Position numbers and translations under genes: made by a program
NCBI GenBank assembly: GCA_904063045.1
Contig: CAJFCJ010000025.1
Span: 868,001 to 932,000 of the forward strand
Direction: 5' to 3'
Source: Dimorphilus gyrociliatus
Lineage: Eukaryota; Animalia; Annelida
DNA: 64,000 bases
The notes under the pieces: model-generated
Database searches by the model: none
What the model saw: only the letters and a program-made list of their open reading frames with translations
Told to the model about the DNA's origin: nothing
Shown: in pieces, positions 1 through 14,199 of the stretch
Layout: every line of letters starts with the position of its first letter
Position numbering within the stretch: position 1 is the stretch's first letter

Positions 1-3000
1 ATTAACTCTACTAATAATTAATAACTCTCTTTCGTCTACAATCGTCTTGAAAAGTAAAATTTTTCTCTATATTGTATAAACATTCACGAAATATTAATTG
101 TCTTCATTTAATTTCTCATTTGTTGATTTGCTAATTTCGAGTATTGCGTTAAGAGCAAATTACAAGACAATTAACTTTATCCCATTAATATACTTATTTT
201 TTTTAACTTAAACGACCGTGGTGCCACCTATTAATCATTCTTTTTTTAATATTCTATTTTGAGAGTAATTAGCCACTTGACTATACCTTTTTTTTTCCTT
301 TAATAACAGCATTTCAGATAAAATATTTAAGAGTTGTTTTTATCACCTACTAAGCTTGTTTACCCCTTTCTGATATATATCTATCAATTTATCTGTTTAT
401 CTATTTATCTTGCATATTTACACTATTCCCTTTTCCTATTATTTTTAAAAACTCTAACGATTGCTTACTGTTATACTTTGAATCCTAAGTCTTATTCATA
501 GAAATATCTAAATCTAGTTAAATTACTGTTATAATTAAAATATTATTATTATGACAAGTAATAGCGATAATAACGATAATAAACCTAAATCTGTTAGATT
601 AAAAAATTTTTCTCAAAGGATTGATTTATTTGTGAAAAATTAATCTCTATAAAGTTTCATTAATAGAATCAGGTTTTTTTCCTTTTAACATCAAAGTGGA
701 CTGTTTTGATGAAAATGTAATTTATAACTACGCAGGTTTTTTTTTCTCCAGTTATTTAAAACGAACTCTTACGTTGTTTGTCAAACTTTAATATGGTTAA
801 GAATATCATTGTTTTGTATTATAGTCTGAAATTATTTATAATTTCAATTTTAATTAACAGTCTAGAAATTGTGTGATAGACAGAAGAGTAGCTAACAAGA
901 AGGCAAACTGAGAAAGGTTGACGAGATGCTACTTAGTTTTTTTGCGTTTAAAAAAAGATATAGAAAATGAGGAGGTGTGGAACGAAACTATAAAGAGAAA
1001 ACCAAGAGTAGGAAGTTGGTGGGTAGGTAGATAGTCAGGTAGATGTGTATAGAGTATATTAGGCACCTAGGTATCTAGGTAGCTAAGGAAGAGAAGAAGT
1101 GTGTATATTTTAAGTAATTGAATAATAAAATAGGTTTAATAAATTCTCTCTTTCTCTACCCATGCATAAAGATAAGTCTTTTATTCCTTAGTATATACTG
1201 CAACAGATTCTTTAAAAATTTTAATAATAAGATAAAACTCTTTTAAATTATTAAGTTAAAATGATGCTCTATCGGTGAGAAATAAGATGAGAGAAAATAG
1301 AGAAAAAAAGCATTGATTTCTTTCTCTTTACCATCAGTCTTTACTAATTATATTCTATCAAAAAAAAGAGAAAAATTTGGCTTTGTATACAGGAAATGGA
1401 ATTAAAAAATATATAATTCTCTAGTCCTCGAGTTAAACAGTCTTAAGGCAGTATTATATTTTTTTGCCTTAGCAGGAAATTGATATTTTCAAAAATCCAT
1501 TCTTTCAATTCAATTACCCCTCTTACAACAACACATTAAGTTCTAATTGAATCATTCTTTTATGAAAGCCTACTTTGTTTATTATAAGAGGATACTCTTA
1601 AAAGATAGTAAAAACGTTACTTTCTTTATCAATGATTTTAATAGTAAAAACGAAACTAATATAATTTTACAAGAATGGAAGTAAAGAGAATAAAAGAATG
1701 AATGAATGATCGATTGATTTAGTGAGTGAGTGAGTGAGTGAGTGATTGAGAAAAAAAAAACAACAACAAACGTTAAATTAGAAAAAGTATTAATCATGCA
1801 AACTGTTTGATTTATCATATTTATAAAAAGCACTAAATTCCCTTTCAACAACCAAGTTTTTCGTTAGCAAATATTTTCAGTTTAACTAATTAAAGTCACG
1901 ACAAATTAATAAGTAAAAGTAAAAGAGTTAAATGCGCTTAATAAAAATATTAATCTTTTTCCATGTATAACTAACTGCGTGCGGTAAATACATTTCTTCT
2001 CTTTTTTGGGGTAAGATAATTAAGGGGCTGTTTTTCTTCTTCTAATCTACTTGTAGCCTCTCTCGCTCTGTCTGTACATGTGCACACGTAAAAATAGCAT
2101 ATTCTATATACCGTTTATACACAATATATAGAAATGGAAAGATTAGTAAAAGGAAGGAAGTTGAATTGCCTGAGCAAAATATAATTTTAATGTGATTTTA
2201 TTATTTCTTTCTAAGAAAGATATTCTAAAAATAATGTCCGTCAGACGATCTAGTCACGTTTCTGCTTAAACTTTTATATGTTCTTTTTATCCGTTATTCA
2301 ATCTTTAAAAATTACAGAATAAACAAGGAAAAGAACTTTTATCAACCGAAGTTTTAAACGTATACTTTCTTTTTTTTATTTGTTTTCTTTGAAGGATGAC
2401 GAAAACAAATTCTCTCAAAAAAGGGACAAGTCGATATTTAATAATAATAAAGAGAAAAAGACAGTTCCTTTTAAACTCCTTCCCGCTCCTCTTCTTCTTT
2501 GTTTTTTTAAGTAAAATGCTTATTGTCATTGTTGAAAGATTTTATAAAGTTTACATTCAGAATGAAAGTTCTTTATTCAATATTCCCTTGGTAAATGTTT
2601 TAGCTTAATTACGAGTATTTAATTAACAAATGGATGAATGAAATAGGTTGAAGATTCTGTTTTATATGAAATATGTTTGCTTCGGGCATAACTTTGTAAA
2701 AGAGGATTGGAGAAAAGGAGAATTAAACATAAATTTTTGCTGTTAACCTAACCAATGAAAATGGTTAGATCGATTTCAGAAAAGCGTTTCTTTCTTCCTT
2801 TGTACTTTTTACCTTTATTTTACCTTATTCATTCTCTAAAGCCTACTCTTAAAGAGAAAAACAATTTTATGGTAAAATACTGTAAACGGAAAGAAATAGA
2901 AGAGAAAAGAAGAAAACTAATTATCAATCAATTGACCATAACTTTTAGTTCTTTACAGTCGGCAAGAGGTTCTTGTATTTGCTTTTTATTTCTGTCATCT

Positions 3001-3388
3001 TGAAAAGAAAAGATTTCTTTTAATCTTATGAGAAAGAAATTAGATAGACGAAAAGTAAAAAAGAAGAAATAAAAATGATTGATTTTTAAATGTTAAAACT
3101 GATTACATCAAGCCGCGTTGTTGTTGAGTGCAATTGAAGTCATCTGGTTTAGGATGAAGAAAGAGCACTATGTCTATATTCTATACTTTTTATTTGCTTT
3201 CTTTTTAAATTGATATACTTATTCCATTAAATTTGTATAAACCTTGAACGTATGAATGTTTTTCTTCCTCTCTCTTCTTGGACTATTATTTAACACATTT
3301 TCGAGGAAGGTTGTTTGCTGTAAAACTCTCTATTTAATATTCAAATAAGCTCTTTTATATAAGTTCATCATTAATAGTATATTGTAAA

Positions 3389-3393
<5 letters not shown>

Positions 3394-3427
<34 letters not shown>
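3394..3427. repeat. (TA)n microsatellite (one of many)
   Basis: Direct read of an uninterrupted TA run. Confidence 0.95.
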
Positions 3428-3430
<3 letters not shown>

Positions 3431-4505
3431 TATCTAAGACATAATTTTATATACATACTGAATAATAGTTAATCTTTGATAGAAATGATGAAGTTTCCAT
3501 CTGTTAGATATAACTGATAAGATTAAAGTCTGCAAAATTATAGACGCCTTACATTTAAAGCGAATAAAGAGATACGTTAGATATACATAAATTAACCTAG
3601 ATATTAATAAAACAATATAATCTATTACAGTTTGAATGATTTGATCTATCATTCAAGTACAGTATATAGTTCTAACACCAAAACCTTTTATTTTCTCACT
3701 ACGGTCGGTGTTTACAGCTTAAATAATCGAACAAGAAATGTTTAATGTCTGTATTGTTTATTTAATAATATTTGTGAAAATAACAACAGCTACGTTTTCA
3801 TCGCCTTGCTGGAGAACGAAGAGGTTGACATTAAATTTGTCGTGGTATGGAATTTCTTGGAACTTGTCGTGAAACCCGTTTCATTCTCATTATTATCTTA
3901 AGAAAAATAGGAACCCTCATACAAGTTACACTTTGAAGACACCACCTTAGGCCAACACTGGCTCCAGAGCAAATAAAACTTCGTATCAGACCATTTCCAG
4001 TTCCTGTGGGTCTTTTTTCCCTATAGCTTTTTACCCTTGACGAAAAAGTGACAGATTATGGAATTGTTCTGTCCCGACCAAATTTAAGACTTTTTCTCAT
4101 TAAAGATTAATTTAGAAAAAAAGTGCGAACAGAAATTATAGAATTATTGAACGATATCTTTTTAATTCATTCAATGAGCCAGAGGAAGGAATATTCGTTC
4201 ATTACTATATACTCAATCCACTACGTTTTGTTAGGTTGTTGATGGCTAGAAGGGAAAGGGGGAATTTTAAGAGACTTTTCAATGCTTACCAGGCTGCTCA
4301 TCAAGGAAATTAATGGCAATCTCTTTGCCATTCTTCTTCCAAGGTTTATATCCATATACAACCGCAGTTTATCTGAGGTAGCGATTTTTTTTGTACAGCA
4401 AGACGAAAAGACAAAAAACAGCAGGAATGAAAGAGAATAGCCAGATAGTCCTCCTTCGTATTCATTCAAGAGTTAATAAAGTTGTATTTACAGTATTATA
4501 CACTA

Positions 4506-4536
<31 letters not shown>

Positions 4537-5571
4537 CTGTATATACAGTAAATGTTGTAAATATGAATTGTCATGTGGTTAATATTCCAAGTAGCATACA
4601 AAAAAATAGAGCTAATTGATCAGAGAACAAAACAGAATGTAAGTACATAGTTTGCAACGTAGAAAACAAAAAAGAGAGGGTATTTATGAGACAATATCTC
4701 GTTCGTAATATGTAAATATTAATTGGTATAATTTTAGATATATACGATACAATATTCATAAGGATTTGTTGAGAAATAGAATTTTCTACCTCTCCTATAT
4801 GTTTATTTCGAATAGCTAAAATAACCTAAAAGGAAGGAATTCAAGAGGAAAATTATAACCATTTTTGGTTCAAATGAACATTATTAATAATGAATGTTTT
4901 ACTTGCCTTTAATATAAATCGTTAAAAGCCTAAACCGTTTCATAAAAGCCCTATTCCTTGTTTGTTATTCCAAAAAGGTTAAAGAGTTATATAATGCTAC
5001 AAAGATTGGACTCTGATTAGGACTTGCTTTGAACGTACTATTTCATTAAAGAGGAGGATGCAGTCCTTGAATATACTGTCGAAAAGATGGTTTTTTTCCT
5101 TTAAATTGATCATTTGGCATAAACAAATGTGAAGTGTGTTTTTATTCATATTACTATGAATGTATAATGAATATATTATATGTTCCATACTATAAGCATA
5201 CAAACAGTATATACAAAACATATGAAATTTTTATATAAACATATATAGATGTGTGTTTTGAAAATAATACAAACAGCCTATTATATATACAGTGTATTGC
5301 ATAAGTATACGCAACTACACAGTATAGAGTCTCTATACAGTCTATACTATACAGTATATGTACAGTATATCTATATATAGTATATATTCCAATATATATA
5401 TATATAGATAACAAAAATATGATTTTATTTAATTTTAATTTTTTTTTGTATTTAACGCTACATAATACATACAAAATTTATACTCTCCTCACTACGTTCG
5501 ACGCGTCACCATACGCTCAGGGCGTTTCTTTTCATTTCTAGCCAACGCTTCGAGCGGCGCTAACGTTAAGG

Positions 5572-6094
5572 ATGTCGTCGGAGAACGCCATAAAAAATTC
5601 TTCAAATTCTACGTTGAATTTTACAGAAGATTTGCTCAATCATTTTGTAATTGATCATTATAAGCAAACTGTTTTAACGATTAAAGAAACTCAGACAATT
5701 ATTCTGTTGGCTTTATATGCTCCTATCCTTTTCGTCAGTTTAATCGGAAATGTGTTAGTTTTACTTGTTATTCTGCCAAATCGACACTTACGAAGTATTA
5801 CAAACTGTTTTATTGTTAACTTAAGCTTTGCTGATTTATTGGGTAAGTTATATACTTATTTTTCTATTAAAATGGCAACTAAGAAAGAATAGAGTGTTCT
5901 TTCCAGCTGTCTATCCGTCAATCTATCTATTTATCTCTTCTTCTCCTTCTTTTCCTTCTTTCTACCTTTTTTAGACGTTTTATTTTTTGTAGTAGCGTAT
6001 ATATTGCTGTGTTTGCTGTATTATATGTATACTTTACCGACTAGTACTGTGGCTACTTCTATCTATTTCTAATCGTGAGAGTGTATATATATAC

Positions 6095-6132
<38 letters not shown>

Positions 6133-9100
6133 TGTATATTTATTAATGTATATATCTGCCACTATAAATATCCCTCACCGTTTATAATTTACCCTAAACA
6201 TATAGAAAAGAACAAGATTGACTAATTAGCTTTTTCTTTTGTTCCAATTATGATCATTATTATCAGTGTCACTTTCCATTCGGTAGATTCAAACTATTTT
6301 TTAAATCTATTTTAGTTCTTTTCCTTTTTTCTCTCAGATATTTTCATAGACGAAGAGTAAAATTAGCTCGCCAGTTTAGAAAGAAATGGAAACTTACTCT
6401 CTAGAGAAACGAAAAGATAAAAAAAAATTAAGATTTTCTTGTTTTTTCCTCTTTCCTTATCATAACGGGATCAGCGTCTATTATTTTTATATTATTCTAA
6501 TAGAAAAATCGTTACTCTCCGGTTTTATGGTATTACTCATTCTTTGGGTCTCTTGCGTAGTAAAGGTGTGTGTGTGTGTGTTAAATGCATACTGTATATA
6601 CCGCATATAGTATACCCAGTAGCTACGTCTGTCCTTACATATTACCCTTATATCTTGGATAATATAGCCTAGTTATTAAATTTTGTTCTATTTTTATAAA
6701 TGCATATGTCTGTTTTTAGTAGAAAAAGATATAAGATAAAGGTTTTAGAAAATATTAAGCAAACTAAACTGTTAAAAAGAAAACAAAAGATAAGAAGGAT
6801 AGGAAAATATTATGTCATTAAGGGTTAAGTAGATACTTAATGAATATAAATGTATTTTACTATGAAGCTATAAACTGGATATATATAAATTTATATACAT
6901 ATATATTGGTATGTCCCGTTTATAAATGTATTTTCTATTATCTCATTTATCTGGTATTAACAGCACATTCCATAGAAAATGTAAAGCAATTTACTGTCTA
7001 TGTTTTTTTTTGCTTTAAGTCTACTTTTTGAACTGAGCTAAGAAAATGGAAATAGTATAGTTCTATTTATGAGCAGGATCGAAATATAATTATCTATCGA
7101 ACAAATAGGCTATATAATGTACAGTATGATTATTGTATACTTTAATTATTTTTCAATTTGGTAGCGAATTACGCAATATACAGGTATATAATATAATGTA
7201 TATTTCATATATAAATATTAGTATATAAATGTTTCTTTCCTCTCACTTTCTTTCTCTTTGAAAATATATTAGGGATATTCTAAATTGACATTAATCCAGT
7301 CCTTATTTACTTCGTCTTAGAGTTGAGAACTATAAACAAGATATGAGCAATATTTTACCAACAGCATTACTGACTTTCATTTAGAAACTACAAATAATTA
7401 GCAAAACTTCAGCATAGTCCTAGAGATGTAGCAACCATTAAATGAGTCATAATATCGTGAGCAGTTCTTTTTAAAAGGCGTGTTCAACTTCGAATAACCG
7501 GCAGTAAATGAAAATTAGTTGAACTACGCATATGTCTATCTATGTGCAACTATTTCCAGAGAAAAGTTATACAAGAACCATTCCTCCATCACTTTGACCT
7601 TTTTTTAAAAAAGTATTAATTTAAAAGGAAAAGAAAGCTGAGAAGTAGTAAATGACGGCACAAAACAAGAGAGGAAGAGACGAAAAGAGAAGACGGAAAA
7701 GAAATAGGAAAAGGGCCAATAGGGAATGAAAATGAGCAGTTTCACTCCTGTTATAACCGTCAAAGTAGCACATAATGCCTTAGTATAGCATATATTATTG
7801 CAACTAAAGCTGAAATATAAGCGATTAGTTTGCCATTTACAGTTTTGTTAGGAAATTATTTAGAGTGAATATATAAACTAATTTCTTCCAAGACTATATC
7901 CTTTAAGGAAATGGCTATAGAAGAAAGTTATACTAGCTGTAGAAGAAGAAGAAGAAGAAGAAGAAGAAGAAATTGCAATTGTAGAATTAGAAATACCGGT
8001 AGAGAGATATACTGTTAACACTGTCTACTGTATATCTTTGCTTAAGTCTTGATATTATTTCCCTATTCAAACCAAATGAATAAAAAGCGAGTTCGTATAG
8101 ATTTTTAATTTTCTATCATGTTTATACAATAAACGACGTTTATTCTTTTTCTAGTTTCCTCCCCAAATAAACTGTATATTGATCCATAAAATAAATTGTA
8201 TGAAACTTGAATTATTCTATCGGAAGTGAACAATTTACACCGTTTTTTAGTATAAACAGTCAAATAAATGTCTAGTTTAATTTTTTCTCACTAAATCCTA
8301 CTAGCTAAGCATTTATTTAAATTATCAAAGGGGTAATTTTTAGAATAAAACCCTATGATTTCTAATAATAAACAAGAAAATTCGAGTAATTATGCTTAAT
8401 TATGTAAATTAAATTGAGTTATTACTGTTTAATATTATTTTTTTTATATAAATCTTTTATCTACTTCCTCTATTGTCTATTCCTTTGAAATAAATTACAT
8501 CGTTTATCTAGCGACTACGATAATTCCACTGTAAAAGGGAACAGTAAGTTATATTTGTAAAAACCTTTACTGACTTGTTTTAATGGAATATTAAATTCCA
8601 ATGAAAAACAACCGTAACAATAAAGATTTTCCTTGCCTTTCTCTCTCTCTCTCAGGTTCTATATATATAGTATATATATATATATATAAATTTATAAATA
8701 TATATATAAATTTATAAATATATATATACATGTATATATATATATGCATAGTTTATAAAGAATGAATAAATTAATTATTCAAATGATTTATTACGTAAAA
8801 AAAACACATAAAAATAGAATAAGGCTAAACACACTTGTTACGTCATTCTTCAATATAATTTTTGTTCTTCTTAATCTAAACAAACTATCTCTTTCTTCGA
8901 TTGGCTAATACAGACGGAAATTAAATGCCCAACGTTCTAAACTGGAACGGAACATCACACTTAAATCCTTCTTAGATAATTTCGATTTTTTTCTCTTTCT
9001 CTCTTCTCTTAGAATACGAATGATAAGAAAGTTTTGTAAAATCTTATGAAATTTTCTATTGATTCTTTTTTATATAGACCATATTTCATTTATATTCGAT

Positions 9101-12100
9101 TATGGTTTTTCTTTCTTTTACTCTTATCTAAGTAGCAATCTTTTGAAGGGTAAGGACAGTATGAAGAAAAAATAGGAGAGATAATTACAATCTAAAGAGA
9201 ATTGAAAGGATATTGGAAGATAGACAGATTAAAAACCTTTAATTTTGTCTAAATAGAAAAAGAATATAGAATCCAAATATAAGAGAAATCTAGAGCATAT
9301 AGAATAACAAATTACAATGAAAACAAGTAAGGGGTCCTATACTAGGCCGAATAAATAAAGGCATTTGGAAAGAACGACGCAATTTGATAGTTAGATTTTG
9401 GATGAAAGCACTCCGTATTCATGAGGCAATTGGCCAAAATTGATCGATTTCTTTCACTTAATCAACCACCTAATTCAAGGTAGACTAGCAATTTAAAGAA
9501 AACAACTTAGGATGAGATAACGTAAAAAATCCAATCAACTTAAACTTCGTGCTAGCGTAATTGTATATAAACTTAGAAGGAGAGAGAGGGAGAGGGGAAA
9601 GCTTAAAGTAAAATTACTCTCTATAGCCTTCAATACATCTTAATCCTTAATACTTTTATAATAGGACGGCTGTGAGTTTAGAAGAAAAAGTTATGTCTCG
9701 CTCTTTAGACAACAGTATTTTCAAGTTTAAGCGTAATTTAAATATGATCTTGCTCCACTGCTTGTATTAGACAATAGGCAATATGAATATACATATAAAA
9801 TGTGATCTATAGCTCTATACTGTTTATGAGACGATAAATACAACTGCTTTTTCTTTCAGTGACTGTCATCTGTATACCAATGTCGGTCAGCATTAAAGTT
9901 TATCATTTATGGATTTATGGAGAGTTCATGTGTAAAATTACCTGGTATTTGCAAGGTATGTATTGCATAATTTATGAATATATATGTAAGGTTTTCTTGG
10001 AAAGTCTTTTCCTTATACTTACAAAGAATTATTAATAATCGTGTTTATCTAAGGAAAAGTGCGAGCAGGTCATGGGTTTCTCCGTACTTTAAAAATTTTC
10101 GCCCACTTAAAATATGAAAGAAACATATTTATATACTACTATATATATATATATATATGGTATAATTTATAATATAGATTATACAGTATATATATAAGTA
10201 TGTTATATAATATCTTACTATAATTTACTTTCTTCTCCCTTCTTTAATCAGTAAAGAAGTAAATAATATACTGTAAATTTGCACGGTACTCGTATAAAAT
10301 TATTTTCCCTGAATAAGGATATGTAGAACCTTAATAAGAGGCTTACGAGTTGGACTGGAGGACAGATAAAAAAGATGAAGGGCGTTTCCACTCATTAGCA
10401 AATATTTCTACTCCTCTAAGCATTCGATTCCGATTGAATTGTTAACAGTCTTTTTATTTATTTCTGGAACATAGACAAAGTCTTAAAACACGAAAATACA
10501 TCAATGCTGTATATATTATAGATATGTTGATCCGCTGCAAATGTACGCGCTATTCAGACGTTCCCTGTTAAGGTCAGTTTGCCAAATAGATACAATTAGG
10601 TACAGTTACATACTCTTGATTGCAAGTAAATAGGATTATACGTTAGAAACGACAATTCTTTGTTGGACATCTTCAAGGATTTTCTTAGAAGAGAATGTGC
10701 GAATTTTTCCTTTCTCTGATAAGAAAGTAAACTTTGTTTTAACTAGGAATTAGGCATATCAGCATATTCTAGGTGAATATGCATAGCGATAAATAGTATC
10801 AGGGAAAAGTAATCCGAACACTCCTGCTTCGCTGACTTCTAACGTAATTTCACATGAGATTTAAGTATTCAGCTTGTTTTGTATTCCTCTATAAGATGAA
10901 AGGAAATAATGATGATGTTTCTATTGGCGAAAGATAGTCCACTCACCTTTAACAATCTGATTCAGCGTATTTCTTCTAGGCAAGCTCTAAAATTCCAACT
11001 GCTCTTCCCTTGTATAATTTTAAAATAGAAATACTCTGGAGCATATAAAGCTTTTTTAGCCTGTCAAAATAAGAATGTTTAATGAAAACTGGAATTAGTG
11101 TATTATTTGTATGAGCATGGACTACTCTAAATAGAATTTTACACTGTATTAGGGTTTTCCCAACAAAGTTATAAATTTACTAAGGATAATATGTTTTTAT
11201 CAGAGATTTGTCTATTTTCTTTAGCCAATATCCACACATTATACATGGAATAAGGAGACATATTGCATATATGTTGCACAGCTAATGATATATATTTTTG
11301 TCATATTCGCTACAGGCATAATTCTATCTCGAAAACAAAAATTTAACATTAGTTTTCGAATGAAAAAAGACAGTTCTACATCTTTATTATTAAGCAGATA
11401 GACGTAGCTTTGTTGTAAAAATTTAATTAGCATCTCTGTCTGACCAGGAAAAAGCTTATTATAGGCTTTTTTGTGAAAATACAAAGGTACTTAAAGGTAT
11501 TTTTAACCCAAGTCATTACTTTTTACTAATATGAAAATAATATAATTAAAATCAGCTATTGATTCAATTTGAATGTTATCTTTCCTTAGAGATAAATAGA
11601 TAAATCTTTTTTGAATCTGTCTAACCTTTTATCTTTTCTATTTGTCTTTCTCTACCTTCCCCCCCTCTCCCTCTCTCTCTCTCTCTTTCTCTATAACTTT
11701 TAGTCCTTCATCATAAGCAGTTTATACCCGTAAATTAATCAGTGTAATTAAAACTTACTAATTAAAATGTGACTTGGGGTTATAACCTTTATGAAAAGAG
11801 ACGAGGCCTTTTTATATTTTATCTTTCACGAGTGTGCAATATTCATCTAGTAATGTTTCTTGCTTATTATTATTACTATTAGTATTATTATTAGTGAGGA
11901 AGTAGATAAAGCACGTAATAATGGGACATAATCAATAATAGTTAGAAAAAGATTTGAAACACCTAGATATTGTTTATTAAATAAAACATATAACAATCAT
12001 ATAAATCTAATATTCAATTATGCAGATATAAGAAATCTACAAAATCAAAATAAGGATTTTCTTAATTTCTAGTTAAAATGTAAAGAGGACAAAAAATAGT

Positions 12101-13942
12101 GCCATGCTTTAAAGAGTCTCATTATTTTCAATTGCTTTCAATATAGGATAAGAGCCTTCTATATTGAGATTTGTTGGAAAGGCTTTTACGAACTTTACTA
12201 TTAATTAATTAATTACTAATATACTTATTTTTGTTGTAATCTTATACAAGAAAGATAGGTATGTTTATTTTGATAAGAGTTATAACCCGCATAATTCAAG
12301 GTCTATCAGCTTGCCTAGAATGAGTCTTATTGTTACATTTTAAGTGGAAAAAATTGTCTCTATTAATATTAAACGAAGATTGGTTCCTTTCTTCAAATGC
12401 AGCGTTTACAGTTCTCCCAGGCGCTTCCTCCACAATCTCACATTTGCCCCCCCGCCCACCTCCCAGTTGATACTTTTTAATACCGAGTTTTATTAGCCTC
12501 CCTGTTCGAGAAGAGCTTATTTTTCTCATTTGCTTTTTAATATTTCATATAGCCTAATTATACGTAGAGATTATACAAAGTATATTTAGTGCATGTAAAC
12601 ATATTTCGTGTATATATTGTATACATATTATACTATCCATATTGTATCATTCTTCTTATTTTTCATTTATTGAAATACTTATTGTTCTGTGCTTTAACAT
12701 CTTGCATAGAGATTTTTTTGTCAGTTTCAAAAGTGAAAACCAAAAAAAAAGCCTTTTAAGGTAGAAATTTTCTAAATTTAATGGTGTAACCATAAAAAGA
12801 GGTAACCGAATGGCTTCGTGTATCACCAGAAACACCTTTTTCTATTAACAAACCAGATTTATTTGTGGCTTAAACGAGCTTAATGAAAATAGTCACACTC
12901 TGTATTTTTCTTTTTTTATATCTACCTTTATTAAGAACATAAATAAAAAGTTCCAGCGTGAAAGACTACATCATCTTATAACTATTAATTATTAATTGTA
13001 CAGTACTACCCTATTCCATATAATCTTTAATATACTAGATATAAGTCTTATGTGGTTAATTATTCAATTTAATATTTCTCTTATCTCAATTATCAACAGG
13101 TGTTTCGTGCTCAGCATCTGTTTTAACTATCATGACGTTGGCCTTTGACAGACATCTTGCTATCAAGCATCCAATTAAATTTCGAAAGTTTAGCACTGGA
13201 AATTATGCTTGGAAATTCATATCAGCAATTTGGTTAACGTCATTAGCAATTATGCTACCTTTGTGCATTGTGCGAGAGATCAGATTCGTTTATCCATTCA
13301 CAGGTGTAGTCTCCCAGGAGTTGCCTTATTGTATGGAGACATGGTCCAGCGATGACGTTCGGATAGCATATGGATTTCTACTTTGTGTATTTCTTTTTGT
13401 TCTACCCACATTAGTATTAGTCTATAGCTATTCAGTTATTGGTAAACAGTTGTGGAGGGAAAATGCTGGCATTCCAGGAGAAATCCAGCAAAGAAAGATA
13501 AATCAGTCTCAATTACATAAAGTTATGTTAAATAGACGAAAAGTTGCGAGAATGTTGGTGATTTTAGCGTTGCTGTTTGCCATTTGTTGGATACCTTATT
13601 ACATTAATTCCATATATTTGGATTTTGTACCACCCACTGATAATTCTGCAAGGAAAGCTTCTGGAGCTTTATCATTTACTACTTATTTGGGGCATTTCAA
13701 TTCAGCTATTAATCCGATATTATACTGCTTTATGAATGCAACATTTAGAAGAAGCGCGCGAAAGCTCTTTTGTAGATCTTGCTACAAAAAGAAGATGAAT
13801 AAGACTAACGAAGGAAATGTATGTATTTAAGTTTACTTTTGTGTTTTGTCTTTTTTTCCTTTTTTCCTCCTTTTTTGCTTTAATTTCTCTTTGCACGAGA
13901 GAGGGTAGACGAAAAGAGAAATACACTAGAGAAAGCGAGGAG

Positions 13943-13980
<38 letters not shown>

Positions 13981-14160
13981 GAGAGAAAGAATGTGATAAG
14001 AAGGGGAAAAAGAAATTAAGAATAGGATGGGTAAATCGCGAAGATTTGAAGTAAATTGAGTAGGAGAGATGCATCAGCCAATTGATTATCTGATATCAAT
14101 ATACTCAAAAGATATATTAATTAACGTAGGAGGATTAATTTTATATGTCATACAAGAGAT

Positions 14161-14199
<39 letters not shown>

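Noticed and set aside
1582-3652. Short Phe/Ile/Leu/Tyr-rich ORFs here and throughout the ORF track
   Set aside because: Expected by chance from AT-rich and microsatellite DNA; many have non-ATG starts; no motifs or splice context.
3700-4100. GC-elevated stretch with short open frames on both strands
   Set aside because: No recognisable domain, and no phase-consistent exon chain could be built.
4221-4469. 82-aa minus-strand ORF resembling a neuropeptide precursor (hydrophobic stretch, KK, GRR, KR sites), divergent from the neuropeptide GPCR
   Set aside because: It starts at TTG two codons after an in-frame stop, has no ATG or acceptor before the hydrophobic segment, and shows no repeated peptide motif. 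The dibasic sites are compatible with chance.
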